Part shown: in pieces, positions 60,558 to 64,000 of the stretch
Layout: each line of letters starts with the position of its first letter
How positions within the stretch are numbered: position 1 is the first letter of the stretch
Origin: Monocercomonoides exilis PA203
Lineage: Eukaryota; Protista; Preaxostyla
DNA: 64,000 nucleotides
Direction of reading: 5' to 3'
Assembly (NCBI GenBank): GCA_001643675.2
Contig: LSRY02000028.1
Coordinates: 744,001-808,000 of the forward strand
Translations under genes and position numbers: made by a program
Notes under the pieces: generated by a model
What the model was told of the DNA's origin: nothing
The model's input: the letters and a program-made list of their open reading frames with translations, nothing else
Database searches by the model: none

Positions 60558-63500
60558 TCAGATCAATTTCGTCGATTCGCTGAATCTGTCTGGATCAAAG
60601 GAAAGGTGAAAGGATGGTATTGGAAAAAGATCTTCCTCACTCTTGCATTGCGAAGATTCGTATAATCCAGGATAATTGCTTGAAATAGTCGAGTTAATTT
60701 TATTCGCATCGTATGACAAATGAGACGTTTGTATTTTGGCTGTTGATAATTTTGAGCTTGTTGAAAGCAAAGAAGAAGAAGGAGAAGGAGAAGGAGGAGG
60801 AGAAGAAGAAGGAGAAGGAGGAGAAGAAGAAGAAGACGAGGAAGAAGGAGAAGAAGAAGAAGGATTTGTCGTTAAGAACGACGAAGAAGCATCCAATGGA
60901 TCAGCATGCGATCGAATAGAATCTTTAGGCGATGGAACAGTCTTATTTGTAATGGAAATGCTTTTGTCAAAAGTTAATGCCTTTGAAGTATCTGGTGAAG
61001 AAAGAGCAGACAGAGAAGAGAAGGAAGAAGAATTGCCCAACGGAGATGAGGAGTTTTTATTAAATGGGCTTATTTCATGCATTTGAGAGGGCGAGACATA
61101 AACAAGTGACGAAATCGGAGGCATTTTCTCTCTTTCGGCTTCGATCTCTTTCACATGCTTTTCTCGCTCTTCTTTTTCTTTCTTCAGCTGATTGTCTTCT
61201 TCCTCTTCTTTCCTTCGCATTGACTCTTTAATTTTCTCTATTTCTGCCTCTTCTTCACGCTTTCTTTTCGCTTCGGCATAAAAATCCTTTTTCTTTCTTG
61301 TTTGTTCCTCTTCTTCTTCCTTCTTTCGAACTTCGCTTTCCTGCCTGTCTTTCTCCTTCTCCTTCTTTTCCACCATCTTCATCAGCAGCTCCATCTCCAC
61401 TTTTTTCCTTTCTACTTCCTCTTCCAGCGCTCTTCTCTTTCTCTCTTCTTCTCCTCTTTCATCCAGAACCTCATTGAACGTCGCCTCCAAATTCTTTCGC
61501 TTGCGCACTTCTTTCTCCACCTCTCTCTGAAGATTGCTGATAACCCCTTCTTTTTCCTCCTTCTCGCTTTTCAGCTCCAGATTCTGCACAGCCAGCGCCT
61601 TCAGCTCTTCTTCCATTTCTTTCATTCGGCTCGACAACGACAAGTTCTGTGCGTCCAAATTTGCTGCTTCTTCATCAAATTTCTTCTGCAAATTAACCAC
61701 TTTTTCCTGCATCTCTTGCAAAGTCGCTGCAAATTCCTCTTTCTTTTTGCTCAGCTTTTCTTCAACTTCCCTTTTCTCCTCTGTCAACTTCTGGATTTCT
61801 GCTTTTCTGCCTTCAGAATTGCTTCTTTCGGTTTCAAAGAGCTTGTTCAATTCATTCGCTTTCTCTTCTCTTTCTCTTTCGTTCACTTCAAACTCTTCTT
61901 TCATCTCCTTCAGCTCTCTTATTTCTTCGCTTAACTTGCAAACTTCTTCTTCTTTCTGCTTCAATTCAAACGCAATCCTTTCTTTTTCTCTATCACTTTC
62001 GTTTTTCTCCTTTTCCAATGCTTCTGCTTTGCTCGTTGTCTCTTTGATTTTCTCTCTTAACTCTCCAGTTTTCTGTGTGAAATCTCGCACACTCATCTTC
62101 AGCTCTTCTATTTCTTTCTCTTTCTCTTTCTCCTTCACCGCTCTTTCCTTCTCCCTCTTCTCTCTCTCCTCTTCTTCCTCTTCTGCTTTCCTCCTCCTTT
62201 CCTCCTCTCTCTTCCTGTTCAGTTCGCCTTGCTCGATCCGCAGCCTCTGCTCCTTCGCCAAGTTCATCGAAATCCTCTCAAATATCTGCGAAGACTGCGC
62301 ATCGACTGCACACACATCTGAAAAGAGACTCGAAAGAAGCAGAAGGAGAGGGAATGGGTCAAATACAGAGGAGAGGGAGGATATGAAGGAGGACAAGTGA
62401 GAAGACAGTGGCACTGATGAAGAAGAGGATGAAGTGGAAGAAGAAGAAGAAGAAGAAGATGATGATGATGATGATGAAACATGAGGAGAAGATGATTTGA
62501 ATGGAGAAGAAGAGAGAGACATTGTGTGATGTGGTGAAGCAGACAAAGATGTGCGTGAGTGAGAAGTGTATGTGATGGGAAGAGTCTGTTGGACAGTGGA
62601 ATTGAAAGCAGAAAGAACAGAAGGTGATTGGTGAAGCAAATAAGGCGAAGAGAAAGAATAAGAAGAAGAAGAAGAAGAAGAAGAAGAGGATGAAGCAGAA
62701 GGACTTCCACCAGAAACAAGATGAGAAGCAGAGCGCATCGAAAGATTGGCTGGCTGTTTTGGAGAAGGCTGAGCATTGCGAGTGGGTGTGAGGCTGCTGT
62801 TTTGCATGTATCTGCTCCAACGCGAAGTCAAATGCTGCGCCTTCAGAGCAGACGGGAGGTTTGCTGCAAGCTGACTGCGAGAGAGAAGACTTCGGCTTGC
62901 TTCGTCTTTTGCTCTTTCTCGCTCTCTTTCTTTGATTCTGAATGCCTCTTCCACTTCGTCCATTGCCTCCTTCACATTCACATCATCATTGAAATCATCA
63001 TCGTCGTCGTCTTCATCGTCTTCATCAATGTTCTCAAACAAGTCTTCACTCTCATCTTCCAAGTCATACACAAACGGCAGCGGCGTCAGCGTTGGGCTGA
63101 CCTTCGCTTCATACAAACTGTACTTGCCTTTCTCTTCTCTGTACCTTCCATCAAAATAGCTGTCCTTATCATCATATTCTTCCCCATTCTCTCCTTTTTG
63201 TCTTCTTTCTCTATCCATCTCCCTTTCTCTCATAAAGTCTCTTTCTCTTTGCAACCTTCTTCTTCCTCTCAGCTTCTCCGGAACAGCCAACGTTGCTGGC
63301 AGCATCGGTGCTGTCTCCTTGTTCGCCTCCTTCGCCTTCAGCCAGCGCTTCGTCTCTGCATTCAGCAGGAGAAGAGGATTTTGTGTGGTTTTGAAGGGGA
63401 TGAAGGGAGCAGAAGATCTGAGGGTGGAGTAAGTGGATGTGGCTGTGGCAGTTGCTATGGCTGGTGTGAATGTCGAAGAGAAAGGCAGATGAGATGTTTG

Positions 63501-64000
63501 TGGGGTGGACAGGATAGAAGAAGAAGTGTCTGCATTGCGAGTGGAAGAAGAGGGAGAGGCAGAAACAGAAGAAGAAGAAGAAGAAGAAGGTGAAGAAGAA
63601 GTTAAAGATGGATTGGAGTCGAAGTGAATGGTGGAAGGAAGAGGAAGCGGAGGAAGGATCGGAGGAAGAGGAGATGGCTGCACAATGTTTGAAGATAAAC
63701 CAAGCTGATCTGTCAGTCTATTTGGCATCTGCATACGAGCATTAGGAGTTGAAGCATAAGCAGCAGAAGCATCAGTAGCAGCAGAAGAAGAAGAAGAAGC
63801 AGAAGGTGATGCATACGCGGAAGCGAAAGAACCAGCAAATCCTGTTCTCATCCCTCTTCCATCACTTCCAATGCTTCCAGTTCCACCAGCCTTTGCCACC
63901 AGAGCCGCAGTGGCTGGTGTCAGTCCGCCGAGTTCTTCGCCCAGTGGAGACAGCACATTCCCTGCATGCACTGCCCCCAGCACGTAGCAGTCGTAGAAGC
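60558..64000 (-). CDS. 3' part of a large Ser-rich / coiled-coil protein (5' end outside the window)
   Basis: Frame is open to the window edge; long E/K/R heptad region (about 61150-62260) flanked by Ser tracts. Confidence 0.8.
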   Translation of the reverse strand, partial: FYDCYVLGAVHAGNVLSPLGEELGGLTPATAALVAKAGGTGSIGSDGRGMRTGFAGSFASAYASPSASSSSSAATDASAAYASTPNARMQMPNRLTDQLGLSSNIVQPSPLPPILPPLPLPSTIHFDSNPSLTSSSPSSSSSSSVSASPSSSTRNADTSSSILSTPQTSHLPFSSTFTPAIATATATSTYSTLRSSAPFIPFKTTQNPLLLLNAETKRWLKAKEANKETAPMLPATLAVPEKLRGRRRLQRERDFMREREMDRERRQKGENGEEYDDKDSYFDGRYREEKGKYSLYEAKVSPTLTPLPFVYDLEDESEDLFENIDEDDEDDDDDDFNDDVNVKEAMDEVEEAFRIKERERERAKDEASRSLLSRSQLAANLPSALKAQHLTSRWSRYMQNSSLTPTRNAQPSPKQPANLSMRSASHLVSGGSPSASSSSSSSSSSSYSFSSPYLLHQSPSVLSAFNSTVQQTLPITYTSHSRTSLSASPHHTMSLSSSPFKSSSPHVSSSSSSSSSSSSSSTSSSSSSVPLSSHLSSFISSLSSVFDPFPLLLLLSSLFSDVCAVDAQSSQIFERISMNLAKEQRLRIEQGELNRKREEERRRKAEEEEEEREKREKERAVKEKEKEKEIEELKMSVRDFTQKTGELREKIKETTSKAEALEKEKNESDREKERIAFELKQKEEEVCKLSEEIRELKEMKEEFEVNEREREEKANELNKLFETERSNSEGRKAEIQKLTEEKREVEEKLSKKKEEFAATLQEMQEKVVNLQKKFDEEAANLDAQNLSLSSRMKEMEEELKALAVQNLELKSEKEEKEGVISNLQREVEKEVRKRKNLEATFNEVLDERGEEERKRRALEEEVERKKVEMELLMKMVEKKEKEKDRQESEVRKKEEEEEQTRKKKDFYAEAKRKREEEAEIEKIKESMRRKEEEEDNQLKKEKEEREKHVKEIEAEREKMPPISSLVYVSPSQMHEISPFNKNSSSPLGNSSSFSSLSALSSPDTSKALTFDKSISITNKTVPSPKDSIRSHADPLDASSSFLTTNPSSSSPSSSSSSSSPPSPSSSPPPSPSPSSSLLSTSSKLSTAKIQTSHLSYDANKINSTISSNYPGLYESSQCKSEEDLFPIPSFHLSFDPDRFSESTKLI

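Noticed and set aside
1-64000. tRNA or rRNA genes
   Set aside because: No recognisable cloverleaf or rRNA sequence by eye; a covariance-model scan would be needed to exclude small RNAs.

Overview
AT-rich eukaryotic protist DNA with short GT-AG introns, Ser- and Glu/Lys-rich proteins and a standard genetic code. Gene style suggests an oxymonad such as Monocercomonoides (inference). The main structure is a ~25.3-kb DNA transposon (6985-32249) with ~88-bp near-perfect terminal inverted repeats, GGG...CCC termini and a 4-bp AGAT target-site duplication. Its left part is a spliced, disabled Sola2-like DDE transposase gene. Inside that gene an 81-bp GC-rich unit has expanded to ~132 near-identical copies (10.7 kb). 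Its right ~11.8 kb is cargo: decayed host surface-protein genes, a ~119-bp palindrome and other gene fragments. Just upstream is a cluster of ~250-bp MITEs with related termini and 4-bp ANAT duplications, one nested in another's TIR. The rest of the window holds an intronless bacterial-type GH92 alpha-mannosidase, RPL30, a large low-complexity protein, prefoldin 1, CstF-77/Rna14, a membrane-anchored surface protein with three near-exact 1179-bp repeats, a pogo-like MITE, an IS630/Tc1-type transposase pseudogene and several multigene-family pseudogenes.
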